Source: Octopus sinensis (lineage: Eukaryota). Taken from it: 64,000 bases of DNA. The stretch spans positions 48,298,001 through 48,362,000 of the forward strand of contig NC_043003.1 of NCBI RefSeq assembly GCF_006345805.1, in the 5' to 3' direction. Every line of letters starts with the position of its first letter. Within the stretch, counting starts at the first letter, position 1. The notes under the pieces are model-generated. The model made no database searches and was not told where the DNA came from. It saw only the letters and a program-made list of their open reading frames with translations. Of the stretch, positions 37,411-50,584 are shown piece by piece. The position numbers and the translations under genes were made by a program.

Positions 37411-38515
37411 ATGTTATGTCATTAAAATGTTATGGATTGGGTCTGCCCCTCTGGCAAAACTCAGACATGTCATGTAATGTTATGGATTGGCCCTGCCCCT
37501 CTGGCGAATCTCCAACATGTCATGTAATGTTTTGGGTTTTGTCTGCCCCTCTGGCTAATCTGACATGTCATGTAATGTTATGGATTGGGTCTACCCCTCT
37601 GGCAAATCTGACATGTCCTGTAATTGTTATGGATTGGGTCTGCCCCTCTGGCGAATCGCTGACATGTCATGTAATGTTATGGGTTCAGTCTGCCCCTCTG
37701 GCGAATCTGACATGTCATGTAATGTTATGGGTTGGGTCTGCCCCTCTGGCGAATCTGACATTCATGTAATGTTATGAGTTGCCCCTGCCCCTCTGGCAAA
37801 TCTGATGTCATGTAATGTTATGGGTTGGCCATACCCCTCTGACGAATCTCTGATATGTCATGTAATGTTATGAGATGGCTCTGCCCCTCTGGCTTATCTG
37901 ACATGTCATGTAATGTTATGGGTTGTCTACCTCTCTGGCAAATCTGACATGTCATGTAATGTTATGGGTTCAGTCTGCCCCTCTGGCGATTCTGACATGT
38001 CATGTAATGTTATGGGTTCAGTCTGCCCCTCTGGCGAATCTGACATGTCATGTAATGTTATGGGTTGGGTCTGCCCCTCTGGCGAATCTGACATTCATGT
38101 AATGTTATGAGTTGGCCCTGCCCCTCTGGCAAATCTGATGTCATGTAATGTTATGGGTTGGCCATACCCCTCTGACGAATCTCTGATATGTCATGTAATG
38201 TTATGAGATGGCTCTGCCCCTCTGGCTTATCTGACATGTCATGTAATGTTATGGGTTTGTCTACCTCTCTGGCAAATCTGACATGTCATGTAATGTTATG
38301 GGTTCAGTCTGCCCCTCTGGCGATTCTGACATGTCATGTAATGTTATGGGTTCAGTCTGCCCCTCTGGCGAATCTGACATGCCATGTAATGTTATGGGTT
38401 GGGTCTGCCCCTTTGGCGAATCTGACATGTCATGTAATGTTATGGTTTCAGTCTGCCCCTCTGGTGAATCTGATATGTCATGTAATGTTATGGATTGGCC
38501 CTGCCCTGGCAAATC
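37411..38515. repeat. 48-bp tandem satellite, 23 units, with a 7-unit higher-order duplication
   Basis: Unit catgtcatgtaatgttatgggttcagtctgcccctctggcgaatctga; 16-aa periodicity in ORFs; diagnostic variants of units 6-12 recur in units 13-19. Confidence 0.93.
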
Positions 38516-39480
38516 CCACCGACTTGTGTCTTTTTGGCATTGAACTGATGAGCTTTGTGGAATTTCTGCCCACTTTTCATGCAACAATCAAAATAATTCA
38601 CCTTTAGCTTTAGGTTTCTGTTGAGTTTTTCGTATAGCTGTATCTCATATACTCCAAAGATTTTCAATTGGGTTCATGTTAAGAGATTGGCTGGGCCTAG
38701 TAAGCTTTTTCATCCCATTTTCAGTCAACCATTGTTGATTCCTTTTCGCTGTATGGCATGGAGCTCCATCTTCCATGAATAAAAACTCATTTTTCGTTAT
38801 GTTATTATGTGAATACATCGGAAGTAGTCCTTGCTTAAATATTTCGATGTATTTTTCAGAGTTTATGGTTCCAACACATTCAATCAACTCAGAACGACCA
38901 TTGCTGGTGACAGCTCCCCATACCATTACAGAGATACTGCCATGTTTCACAGTTGGTTGGAGTTGTTTCAAATCAAATTCTTGATTGGGAAGCCTCCAGA
39001 CCCAAACACATCTACTGTCTGAAAATAATGCAAATCTGGGTTCATCTGAGAAAATCACTCTATCCTAAAATGAACTGCATTTTTCTGGCATCTCCTCATT
39101 TCTTTCTTTTCATGATATTAATTGGTTGAAGGAGAGGTTTTCTTCTAGCAGCTCTTCCATAATATCCAAGCTTATGCAGATATGTAACACACTTTCTTGG
39201 ACTAACTTCTAGCTGTTTTGCATTATCAGAAGCCTTTAAACGGGGTTCGTTTTCCACAATTCTCTTCAAACAGCGAAGCTTCCTTTCTCAGGACCCAGGT
39301 CAGCCAGGACGAGAATCTGTTGATTCTTTCCTTGACTTTTGAATTGCACTATAATTCTATTTACACTCGGCAATTTTTTGCTGGCAAAGACCAGCCTCAG
39401 GTTGCCCAACAATACGACCTCTTTGAAAATCTGACAGTTCTGCTGAATTTTTTGTGCATGGCATGGTTACTCTTTGCAAA
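38500..39480 (-). pseudogene. Near full-length Tc1-like (DD34E) transposase pseudogene
   Basis: ELSDFQRGRIVG...AARRKPLL...VIFSDE...TVKHG..SVMVWG...FMEDGAPCH...PSQSLNMNPIENLWS...EKWAEIP...LISSMPKR; several stops and frameshifts. Confidence 0.9.
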
Positions 39481-39734
39481 TGTTTAATATAATGGCACCT
39501 GGAATGAAAAAGAATAATTACATTGTATGTTTGTCTGTCTGTGTTTGTTCCCCACCATCGATTAACAACTGATATTGGTGTGTTTATGTTTTCCGTACAT
39601 TAGCAGTTCGGCAAGGGAGACCGATGAAATGAGTACTAGGCTTATAAAGAATAAGTCCTGGGGTTGATTTGTTCGACTAAAAGCATGGCCACAGTCAAAT
39701 GACTGAAACAAATAAAAGAATAAAAGAACATATA

Positions 39735-39956
39735 TACACAAGAGGTACTGAAAAGTTCCTGACTTTAAGGGTGTCATGAAAGGTGTGGTTGGAGTCCCAA
39801 CCTTCTCAGTTCTTTTGCAGGGATTGGAGAGATTGCAGGGCCACTGCAGTGGGCATGCGGGTCTGAGAGTGGAATATGCTGAATGGAGTCTTAAGTAGCT
39901 GATCCACCTGTGTTTCCTTTTGCCCAAAGCCAGGAACTTTTCAGTCCCCCCTCGTA
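39735..39956. mobile_element. Mariner-type MITE (~220 bp)
   Basis: Imperfect TIRs gaggtactgaaaagttcctgacttt / aaagccaggaacttttcagtccccctcgta; TA at the right end. Confidence 0.7.
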
Positions 39957-39973
39957 TATATGTATATATATAT

Positions 39974-40474
39974 AGGGTTGCCTGGAAAGTTTGTGACTAC
40001 ACCTTCATTTAGAGCACAGTTTAAGCTATCTTTTCGTGGAAGAAGGTTTATGTTCCTATAACCTGTGTTAATTCTGTAACCCTTTAAAATGGAAGATAAG
40101 AAAGTTCATTTTTGGCATTTGATGCTTTGGGAACTAGACAAAAATTGCTGCAGCTCAGCTGGGATGTGTTACCCTACCCTCCGTATTCACCAGATATTGC
40201 TCCTTCGGATTTCCACTTATTCAGGTCTCTGCAGAATAGTCCTAATGGTAAAAATTTCAATTCCTTGGATGACGTAAAAGGATACCTTGATGAATTCTTT
40301 GCCATGAAACCACCTCAATTCTGGGAAGAGGGTATTTTCAAGTTAAAGTAAAGATGGAGGCGTATTGTGCTACAAAATGGTTCATATTTGATTGATTAAA
40401 AATGTAATGGCAAGTATTTATTGACCTTTTTCTTTCCTTTAAAAATCGGCACGCACTTTCCGGACAACCCAATA
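39974..40474 (+). mobile_element. Internally deleted mariner element (~500 bp) with both TIRs
   Basis: TIRs tagggttgcctggaaagtt / cactttccggacaacccaata; N-terminal MEDKKVHFWHLML fused to PYPPYSPDIAPSDFHLFRSLQNS...EEGIFKL. Confidence 0.85.
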
Positions 40475-40531
40475 TATTTCACTTTTGGATTTGGTTTGCA
40501 ACATTCGTTATGTGAGTTTGTGTGTTGAAGC

Positions 40532-40812
40532 ATATATTGTTGTGTCTGGGGAGAGTCATTCTCTTTTGGTGCCTTGTGGTTTAACACGCTCACCAGTGGA
40601 GTTTCCACTTATTTCTTTTTTATTTTTCTAGAATTTTTGTTGCATCTTGCAACCTTTTCAATAGTTTTGACTCTCAAAACTACTGGAAAGGTTGCAGGGC
40701 GCAGTAGGAGTTTTGGAGGAATGTGGGGGGGAAATGGGTGGAAGTTTTACTGGTGAGTGTGTTGAGTTGTAGGGCGCCAGAAGAGAGTGACTCTCCCCAG
40801 ACACAACAGTAC
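40532..40812. mobile_element. Fold-back MITE with ~85-bp outer arms and an inner hairpin
   Basis: tgttgtgtctggggagagtca...ttccac vs gtggaag...tgactctccccagacacaaca; inner tgcaacctttt...tagttttga-ctc-tcaaaacta...aaaggttgca. Confidence 0.75.
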
Positions 40813-40860
40813 ATATATATATATATATATATATACATATATATATACATACATACATGT

Positions 40861-42050
40861 AGAGAGAGAACAACTTCTGCCACATTCCAGGGAGAAAAAC
40901 TAGAAGTAGGTTATAGCTTCCGTTACCTAGGTGACCACGTCAGTAGTGGGGGAGGGGGAGCTGAAAGTGTAGCTGCTACAATAAGAATAACCTGGGCAAA
41001 GTTCAGAGAGCTCTTACCTCTGCTGGTGACAAAGGGTCTCTCGCTCAGAGTAAAGGGTAGACTGTATGACGCATGTGTACGAAAAGTCATGCTACATGGC
41101 AGTGAAACATGGGCCATGACTGCTGAGGACATGTGTAAGCTTGCAAGGAATGAAGCCAGTATGATCCGATGGATGTGTAATGTCAGTGTGCATACTCAAC
41201 AGAGTGTAAGTACCTTGAGAGAAAAGTTGGACCTAAGAAGCATCAGATGTGGTGTGCAAGAGAGACAACTGCGCTGGTATGCTCATGTGGCGAGAATGGA
41301 TGAGGATAGCTGTGTGAAAAAGTATCACACACTAGCAGTTGAGGGAACATGTGGAAGAGGTATACCCAGGAAGACCTGAGATAAAGTGGTGAAGCACGAC
41401 CTTCGAACATTAAGCCTCACCAAGGCAATGACTAGTGACTGAGACTTTTGGAAATATGCTGTGCTTGAGAAGACCCGGCAAGCCAAATGAGACCATAACC
41501 TCGTGGCCTATGCCAGGGGTGTAACCAGCCCACTTATGCGTATCTTTCCTTCACTGGACACTAAACTCTGCTTATGAAGACCTGTTGAGGCAAGTGAAAT
41601 TGGAATCGATGACTGGCATCCATGCTAGTGGAGCGCTAAGAGCACCATCTGAGCGTGATCATTGCCAGAGCAGCTAACTGGCTTCAATACCGGTGGCACG
41701 TAAAAGGCACCATTTGAGCGTGATCGTTACCAGCATCACCTTACTGGCACTTAACCTCTCAAGTGAGGTCATTGCCAGTGCCACTGGATTGGCTCTTGTG
41801 CAGGTGGCACATAAAAAAAATACCATTTGAGCGTGACCGTTGCCAGTACTGCCTGACTGGCCCTCGTGCCGGTGGCATGTAAAAGCACCCACTACACTCA
41901 GAGCGGTTGGCGTTAGAAAGGGCATCCAGCTGTAGAAACACTGCCAGATTAAGATTGGAGCCTGATGCAGCCATTTGGTTCGCCAGTCCTCAGTCAAATC
42001 GTCCAACCCATGCCAGCATGGAAAGCGGACGTTAAACGATGATGATGATT
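40861..42050 (+). mobile_element. 5'-truncated RTE-clade LINE: RT C-terminus, long 3'UTR and (GAT)n tail
   Basis: FRYLGD...WAKFRELLPLL...KGRLYDACVRKVMLHGSETW...LRWYAHVARMDE...GRGIPRKT; continuous into the sub-repeat-containing 3'UTR. Confidence 0.92.
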
Positions 42051-44349
42051 TAGACATTAATAACTTTTAATAATATATACAATATAATGAAGATGAAAAT
42101 ATATTGAAGTGGAAACATTAAAGATATAGAGAGAACTTTGACCTCTGAACCTACCTCCCTCCCATAAAAATCTATATCTATCTTTTCAACTCTTGTACTT
42201 TGTTCCAAATGACTTAGCTGACAGATTATCAAACAACCAGCTGAAGTGTAACAGGTATATTTTCTGTCTGTGACCCAAAAACCTACTCTACCTTGATGTT
42301 GTGTATTAACAGCTCACTCCTGCAAATAGCACCAACAGTGCAGTGCTGATTTCAAAGTCAACCAATAAATAAATTTACAATACCTGGCTGCATATATTAT
42401 GACCTGCATACCTTAAGGGCATGCCCTGGCAATTGCCACCATTTACCTTTCTCTTTTGCTGCTCTACCATCTCATCTATGCTCTGATCCTTTTATTTGTG
42501 AATTTACCCTGGCACGTCATCATCTCTCTCCTGTTTCCCACTCTCTCTCTTTCCCTTGCTCTTCCCTGACTGGGTAGCCATGTATCTCCTCTACAGCAGC
42601 ACACCTATTTCTGCCCTCTTGACCATTCTCTCCCTCTCCTTCTCTTGCTTTTTCCTTCTGGCTAAGTAACCAAGTGTCTCTTTCACATCAGCACACCTGT
42701 TTCTGTCCTCGTTACCTCTTACTCACTCTGTCTGAGTAACCATGTACCTTTTCTAAAGCTAGACACCTGTTTCTCTCTAACCTTTAATCATCTAACAAAA
42801 GATCCCCTCCTCCCATCTCAAAATTGTCTTACAAGTTACTTGGTGACCCTATCAATGATGGTGTCACATAAAATGCATCCAGTTCACACTGTAGTGTTTG
42901 GCATTTGGTAAGTAGTAAAAACCATGTGGTGCCACAAAATGCATTACCCACTTTGCAGAGTGGTTCATGTTAGGAAGGGCATCCAGTTGTAAAAACCCTG
43001 CCAAACCAGACACAGTAGCCTGGAATAGTGTTCTACCAAGTCAGCTCCTGTCAAACTGTCCAACCCATGACAGCCTGGAAGGCAGATATTAAACAAGGAT
43101 GACGATAATGATGTACAAGAAGTCTTCAATATCATACCCACAATCCAGTCAGACACATTGCAACACTTAGATAACTAAAAACTGGATGTGAGAGATTCTT
43201 CCCCTACCTAAATGGAAGGATTTGAGTTTAACAGTGCTAAAGAAAAACAAAACAATGCTCTAATTGCTTTCAGAAGTAAGCAGTTTTCCTGGTACCTATT
43301 GACGGCTAAGTAAACCAGTGTTATGGCGACAGTTATACGTTTTCATAATGGAACTGAAACCTTTCTTTATTCAGCATAGGTTCGATCCATCAATCGAAAA
43401 ATAGATGTCTCTTACTGCTACACAGACCCAGATTAGCTCTGATTGAGCAGGTTTAAGGCCAACAGACTACTTGATGTGATCCACTGGTTCAGATATATTA
43501 CACATTTGCTGAGCTGAAAGCCATACTGCACAACCCAATTATGCAGTACTTAATCATATAGGATGTAGTGCTATTATGAGTACACTGAATTTACTTCACA
43601 AATTTATTTCTATGTCTGTGTGGTTTAGAAGTTTGCTTCCCAACCACATGGTTTCAGGTTCAATCCCACAGCTTGGCACCTTGCGCATGGGCTTTCTACC
43701 ATAACCAGGGATTGACGACGGCCTTGTGAGTAGATATATGTGTGTGTGTGTCTCTCCTTGTCTTGACAGTCTGATTGTCAGGTCATTCAGTTCCAATATA
43801 CTGCAAAAACACGTCTAGGCATGGGAAAAGATTATTTTGCTTGAAAGCAGGTAGGGGTTGGTAACAAAAAGGGCATACAGTTATAGTAAATCTGCCTCAA
43901 TAAACTCCATCTGACCCATGCAAGCTTGGAAAAATGGATGCTAAAACAATGTAGATTATTCTGGTAGTATCAAAAAGATAGGACACCTTACATGTGCAGG
44001 TAGGCTTTCATTTGTTTTTCTGTTGGCCAGAAATAAACAATGGCTTGTGTAGCCACATAGCAGGATGAAAATTTGAACTCCCATAAAGGATTTGAATTTT
44101 AAACTTAAGTATCATATGAATCATGTATAAACATTAACATTTTAGCATTCAAACCAGCCATATCCAGCCTGTTTTTTGTTGAAACTGGCCAGATCCAGCA
44201 TCTCACCTCAACCCTATAATGTCATTGTAAAACTAAACAATTACATCATTGAAATCTCTAAATAAGATAAATTCATGATTAACTCAAAACAATATAAATA
44301 AACATTACATTTGGCAGAATAACTTGGATACTAAAGGGTTAAAATATGC

Positions 44350-46970
44350 AATACTGTTGTGCAGGAAAGTGTAAAGAATATGTTAAATGTCTATTTAAAT
44401 CTATACCAAAGTTTCATGTAGCTATGAGGGAGGATACTGTGAAACATTCATTGAGGATCACTGTCATCCACTCGACTTGCAACAAACCAGAGTAAAGGCT
44501 TAGTAAAATAGGTACACATATACGTGTACAAAGAAACAAAGCCCATGTGTGCAAACCAAAGAGAATTATACTCAATACATAAATGGAAAATAGACAGTAA
44601 ACTACTGACAGCTTTCCCATTATATATTTGTCAAAGTGAGCCAAGAACTGACTTAGTAAACAGACTTGACTCAATATACATTTTCTTTCAATGAAGGTAA
44701 AAGCCAGTTAATTGTGAGTTGGGACTGAAATTTTCTACTTTGGGTCAGATAAGTTAAATCATCTTAGCAAACTAATTTTGTCACAACTTTCTCAAGTTTA
44801 CTAGTCCCTGTTTAAGCAATTCTTCTGACAGTGTTGGAGGAAAAAAAGCTGTGATTTAAACTGACATGAACACAACAATATTTAAAGCGTTAATGATAAG
44901 ATGTCTTTTGAAACCATCAAAATTTTGCACACATCTCGCTTTTATTTACTATAAAATATATGTATAGTGACCTACAAGCTTCAGGGAAGGGGAGAAGAGT
45001 TCTTACATGTTGTCTAGTGTACAGATGTTAAGGGCTGGTAGGTTAAATATGAGGGAAATTTTTTTAAAAAAAAGTATTTAGCCAGTTTTTGGCTAATTCT
45101 ATGAAAATTATCTAAAACAGTTCCGGAGTTTAAGAGTGACTGAACCATTTATAGAGATACAGCAAAATTTAAGATGAGAAAGAGAGTTAACCAAATAAAA
45201 AAATAAAACTTAAATGTAAATTTTCACAAAACACATTTTTCTCTTTTTTTATTTAAAAGTAAACAAATATTAAAAAAAAAAGAATTTTTTTTTGTTTATG
45301 TAGTTTTTTTTTTCTTTAATGTATTTTATATAAATATGAAGAAATTTGACTAAGAAAGGAGAAAAGAATGAGAAATATATAATAAACAAGACAAAAAAAT
45401 TATTACAAATGAAATTAAAATAATAGAAAACAAGAACCAAAGTGAACATGTTAAGAAATATGTTAAAAAAAGTTAAGATGATATAGTGCTTTTGTTATAT
45501 TTTTTTCTTTCTTTTTAATAGACTCTTCTCCCATATTTTTTACATGGTCAAATAGAATACTGATGTAAAATAAAGTGACTAAAATTAATTGTAATATACA
45601 GTTAACTGAAAGGACTGCAGACTGCCAAAAAACACGATTTAAACAAGGATTTTAAAGAGAAGAATATACCAGGTGATCTGAAACTGCTGTTTAGATGCAC
45701 TGAAAGAAGCATTCAAAAACAGAATGTAGGGAAAGAGAGAAAAAAAAAATCAAAAATATATGCTGTGTGAGTAGATTAGCCAATCAGAGGGAGGGAGACA
45801 GTATATAAATCCAGTCCAATTTGTAAAGAGTCTCGTGTTTCTCATTAAACCATATACATTACAAAGAGTGAAATTGTCATCAGCAGTGAAATCAACTGTA
45901 GAAGGGAGAATGGAGTAGGTGGAATCTGAAATACTTGAAAGATGCACAAATTCAAAGACTTACATGAAATATAAAAGAAAGAAACAAAGGTATCATTAAG
46001 GTTAATTTTATAGTCTGTGTAGTTTTCAAAGTTCAATTTATCCTATCTACAATAGCTGGAATTGGTACATGAAAGTAATGGAAATAATCTCAGATTTGTC
46101 AAATCATGCTCAAGCAAAAGCATTCTTGTTTTGCTGGAGAAGAAACAGCCTGTTCTTCCAGTAACTTCTTTAATCACAAACTAAATCTTCCATAACACCC
46201 TAACTTTACATTTTTAAATGTGTTGGTAGGTAAAAATAGAACTCCTTGATTACCCACAAAAAGAGACAGACAGACAGACAGTAAGTGAAAAGGTATGATG
46301 CTAAATTTCATGATGAAAACTACAAATTTATTAGAGGTTTCTTTTCACCATATCTTTTCAAACAAATAAAAACAACAGTAGTAATTATGATGTTGATGAG
46401 TTCTTTTGGCACAAGGCCAGTATTTTTGACATGGTGAGGGCACAGTTAGCTGAATCAAAATAAGATTATTACTGATAGCTATCAGCCCCAGTGGGGATGA
46501 ATAGTGCAGTTAAGCAAGATAGAATCTGAACTCTGAACCAAGAGATGAAACTAAATACTTCAATGTATCCAGTTCGGTACTACTATCTCAGACATCTAAC
46601 ATTGCCCTTATGTTTGCATCAGCACAAAGCCTTAGATTTTATAAAGAAGACAAAAATGAGAATTTGTTATGTTTATGCCCGTCTCAAGAGCATAAGTTAA
46701 ATGATTACAAGCAGGTAAGAAAACTAGTTTACAGACTCAGCTTACTCTTGCTCTTGACAACACTTGTAAGAGTAGTGGCAACAATAAAAGACCAAGAAAA
46801 AAATACAACCCAAAAATGGAAACAAGCAAAAACAAAAAAACAAAAAAAAACCTCTGGGAAAGAACAAATATTAGATAAATGATGAAGGTATTAAGTCTCT
46901 TCATTCAGGAAGTATGTCCACACACATACACACACATCTATACACACAGATACAAACTCACATAACTATT

Positions 46971-47046
<76 letters not shown>

Positions 47047-47296
47047 AAGATACATGTTCTTTCAGGTTTTGAGAGTATTAGTTTTCATAATGAGTAACCA
47101 AAATGAACAAAAACAAGAGTAGGTGAATATATGGGTGTGCATGTACCTACAATTAAAAATGGGGAAAAAAATAAAGAAACAAAAAGAAAAAACAACCAGA
47201 ATCTTCAATTAATGATTAAATAGGCAATTGATTAAAAAAAATTCTAATGTCTACTTGTTTAAATACAACATGCTTTCCATTTTTGCTGGTTCTTGC

Positions 47297-47334
<38 letters not shown>

Positions 47335-47386
47335 AAGGGGAAAAAAAAAAAAAAAAAACTAAGAATTCCCCCTCTATTGTGTGTAT
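44350..47386 (-). other. Possible long U-rich 3'UTR of the RS-protein gene
   Basis: About 3 kb downstream of the stop with no recognisable SINE, A-rich on + (U-rich in transcript), several AATAAA on -; the end point cannot be determined. Confidence 0.35.
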
Positions 47387-47471
47387 TCATTTTTCTTCAT
47401 CACTATCAGATCTGCCGGGATTAGATGTGCGACTTGACAGTGCAGCATGTGATCTGTCTGGAGATGGAGAT
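47387..47471 (-). CDS. RS-protein terminal coding exon
   Basis: tatattttcag acceptor; RSPSPDRS...SDSDEEK then TGA. Confidence 0.8.
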
Positions 47472-50400
47472 CTGAAAATATAAAACAGATAAACTGTAGT
47501 AACAATTATGATAATGATGATAACTAGTAGCAGCACCTAATTGTGCACACATTTATAGAAGGTATCAGAAAAACTTACAACATAACCTATACAATTTTTG
47601 CTTTGAAAAGATGTGCCTCTGTTCAAAACCCCAGGTACCTTACCTAAGTGCAAAACTGTGAACCTCAACTCAAAACATAGGGCCTTACATACATTCACTA
47701 TAAAAATGAAAGTATGCATGCATGTGAGTGTGTGTGTGTGTGTGTACAAGAATTGGCACCAGGTGTAGCTCAAGTGGAAAATATATACACACGATTATGT
47801 GTGCATACATATACATAGGTATATAATGTATGACCCTCTCTCTCTTTCGGAGAGGCACAAGCACCTACACGCACATATACACACACAGCAGTAACATCCG
47901 CCTGCCGAATTCAATCACAAAGTTTCGGTCGGCTCGGAGCTATAGCAGAAGACACCTGCCCAAAGTGCCACGCAGTGGGACTGAACCCGAAACCATATAG
48001 CTAGGAAGCAAGCTCCCTAACCACACAGCCATGCTCACCTCATGGAAGAAATGACTAAAGAGTGGGACATTTGACAATGTGGGGTTCTCTGTGAGACCAA
48101 CTTGTGGAAACACTGTGGGCATGTATATGCACTGATGGGCACAAGTCATCAATTTCTGCCGATGTCCCTCCCTCACGCATTATCTCTCCCGCTGCAAACC
48201 CAACATTCAGACAATTCTATTTTTCATGCTACCAAGAACCAGTTCACTTGTTAGCTATTCTTCAGCTTTTCCTTTTCTCCTTCCTCACCCATATGTTAGT
48301 GATTCATCACCCCCACTGAACCATCAAATTATTTCCCCTCATGTACTATGCTTTGCTCTCTCTCCACATGGAGGTGTTGGAGATGAGTACCAACACTTCC
48401 ATGTGGTACACCTGAACAATTAAGATATCTTCATTTGAAACTATTGGTTGCCTTGTTTTATGGGATGGTGTGATAGTTGCAAAAAAGCATCAATGTCATT
48501 TAAGTAGTGTCCTTTGTTTTGATTCATCCATATTAACATGTCTAGCTGTAAAAAGAAATCTGCTTTGATGCATTGCATCTACATGCAAACATGGAAAAGT
48601 GGACATTAATATGATATGTATATATATATATATATATTTGTATATCATCATCCTCATTGTTTAACATCCGTTTTCCATGCTAGCATGGGTTGGGCAGTTC
48701 AACCGGGGTCTGGGGAGCCAAGAGGCTGCACCAGGCTCCAGTCTGATCTGGCAGTGTTTCTACAGCTGGATGCCCTTCCTAACGCTAACCACTCCGTGAG
48801 TGTAGTGGGTGCTTTTTACATACCACCGGCACAGGTGCCAGGGGAGGCTGGCAACGGCCACAATCGGCTGGTACATTTTATGTGCCACCGGCACGGAAGC
48901 CAGTCAAGGCGGCGCTGGCACCGGCCACGTTTGGATGGTGCTTTTTATGTGCCACCAGCACACGTATCACAACTACAATTTCCATTTGATTTTTTGATGT
49001 TGATGTACTTGACTCATTAGGTCTCCCCAAGCACAGCAGGCCATCCTGCGATCCAAGGTACTTTGGATGGGCTGAGGCTTCTATGTGAGGCTGGTGCAGG
49101 AAACAACCATGAGCTCGTGTTATTTGTCGGGTCTTCGCAGTCACAGCATATCTCCAGAGGTCTCGGTATTTCGTCACTGCCTCTGTGAGGCCACACCCAC
49201 ATTTCCCCTGGCTAACAACAGGTTCCAGTTCTAGTAAACACTCACACACACGCAGTTTGTAAGTGTATATGCATATTAGCATATGCTTGTATATCTCTAA
49301 ACACATGAGAATATTGTGTTTACATATAATATGCATATATCTGTTTCTTTAGATTGTATATAGACGATGCATGTATACAAGTAGTGGCAGAGAGCTAGTC
49401 ATCACTCACTAATTTTGATATTACTCTGACTTTTAGCACAATACTAAAACTACGGAAGGCTTAAAAATAGGAGGAGTATTAAAAACCAACTAACCTGTCC
49501 ACTTTCATTTTACGAGATTTTCTCATGGGATGGTCACTGATTTCACCAGTTTCCAAGTCAGAACCATCATAACTAGGGGAACGCGACCGGCTATTTTTCA
49601 TAGTCAACTTCTCTTTCCTCAGTCCAGACTGCTCACTGGTATCAGATTGACCACCATCATGATTGTCCAGATCATGACTAGCATCGTGTCTAGAACGAGA
49701 TGAATACTTGCTTCGTTGATCATCTGGTGAAACTGACCGGTTCCGTGGTGAACGTTGTCGGCTGGACTCCTCAATGTCATCCAGAACACGAAATAATCTC
49801 GGGCGCAAGGGCGGGCTCTGAGAGCGGCTGTTTGACCTACTGCGATAGTGCTCATCTTTCTTGTGTCGCTGGGGAATATCCAGGGAACTATGTCCTCCTC
49901 TTGATCTTGAGAGTTTTTCAGGACTTCGCGAACGACTGTAAGACCTGAATATAGATTAAAAAACAAAATTTTAAACTTACACACACAATGCATACACAAA
50001 CACACTATCCCAAAATATAAGATGGATTGAAGAGAAATTCTTTATCAACCTCCTTTGTGAGAACCACTTATAGATCATGAATTTCCAGCTTTATTAGCTG
50101 GTCAATGAGTTTTGCCACTGAGCAGGCTTGTTAAAGACATTTCGCTTATATTTAACAGTGATAGAATTATGAGTTGGAAGGGATACAGTTCTAACAAAAA
50201 TACTTTCCTCCAACAATATACTGATGTCTCCATCATACTTATGTTAATCAATGGTAGTCTCTTAATCTAAGAATTCTACAATTTCTTCCTGAACAGCCTG
50301 CACTGATGATTTGCTTATATGGATAAAATGTTTGTACTGCACATGAGCACATCCCCTCCATCAAACTGACATTGCTTATGCAGATGCATGGTTTGCCACA

Positions 50401-50543
50401 TGTGACCATAGAGAAATGTAAGACGAAGTGTTTTGCTCAAGAGTACAATGCACTGCTCAGTCCCGGGAATTGAACCCATGATCTAGTGGTCATGAGTGCA
50501 TTAACCACTAGGTCACTGTTCTCACATTAGCATGAAAATATAA

Positions 50544-50584
<41 letters not shown>

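Noticed and set aside
37411-38515. CRISPR-like array
   Set aside because: Head-to-tail units with no unique spacers; variants recur as a higher-order duplication; eukaryotic context with no cas genes
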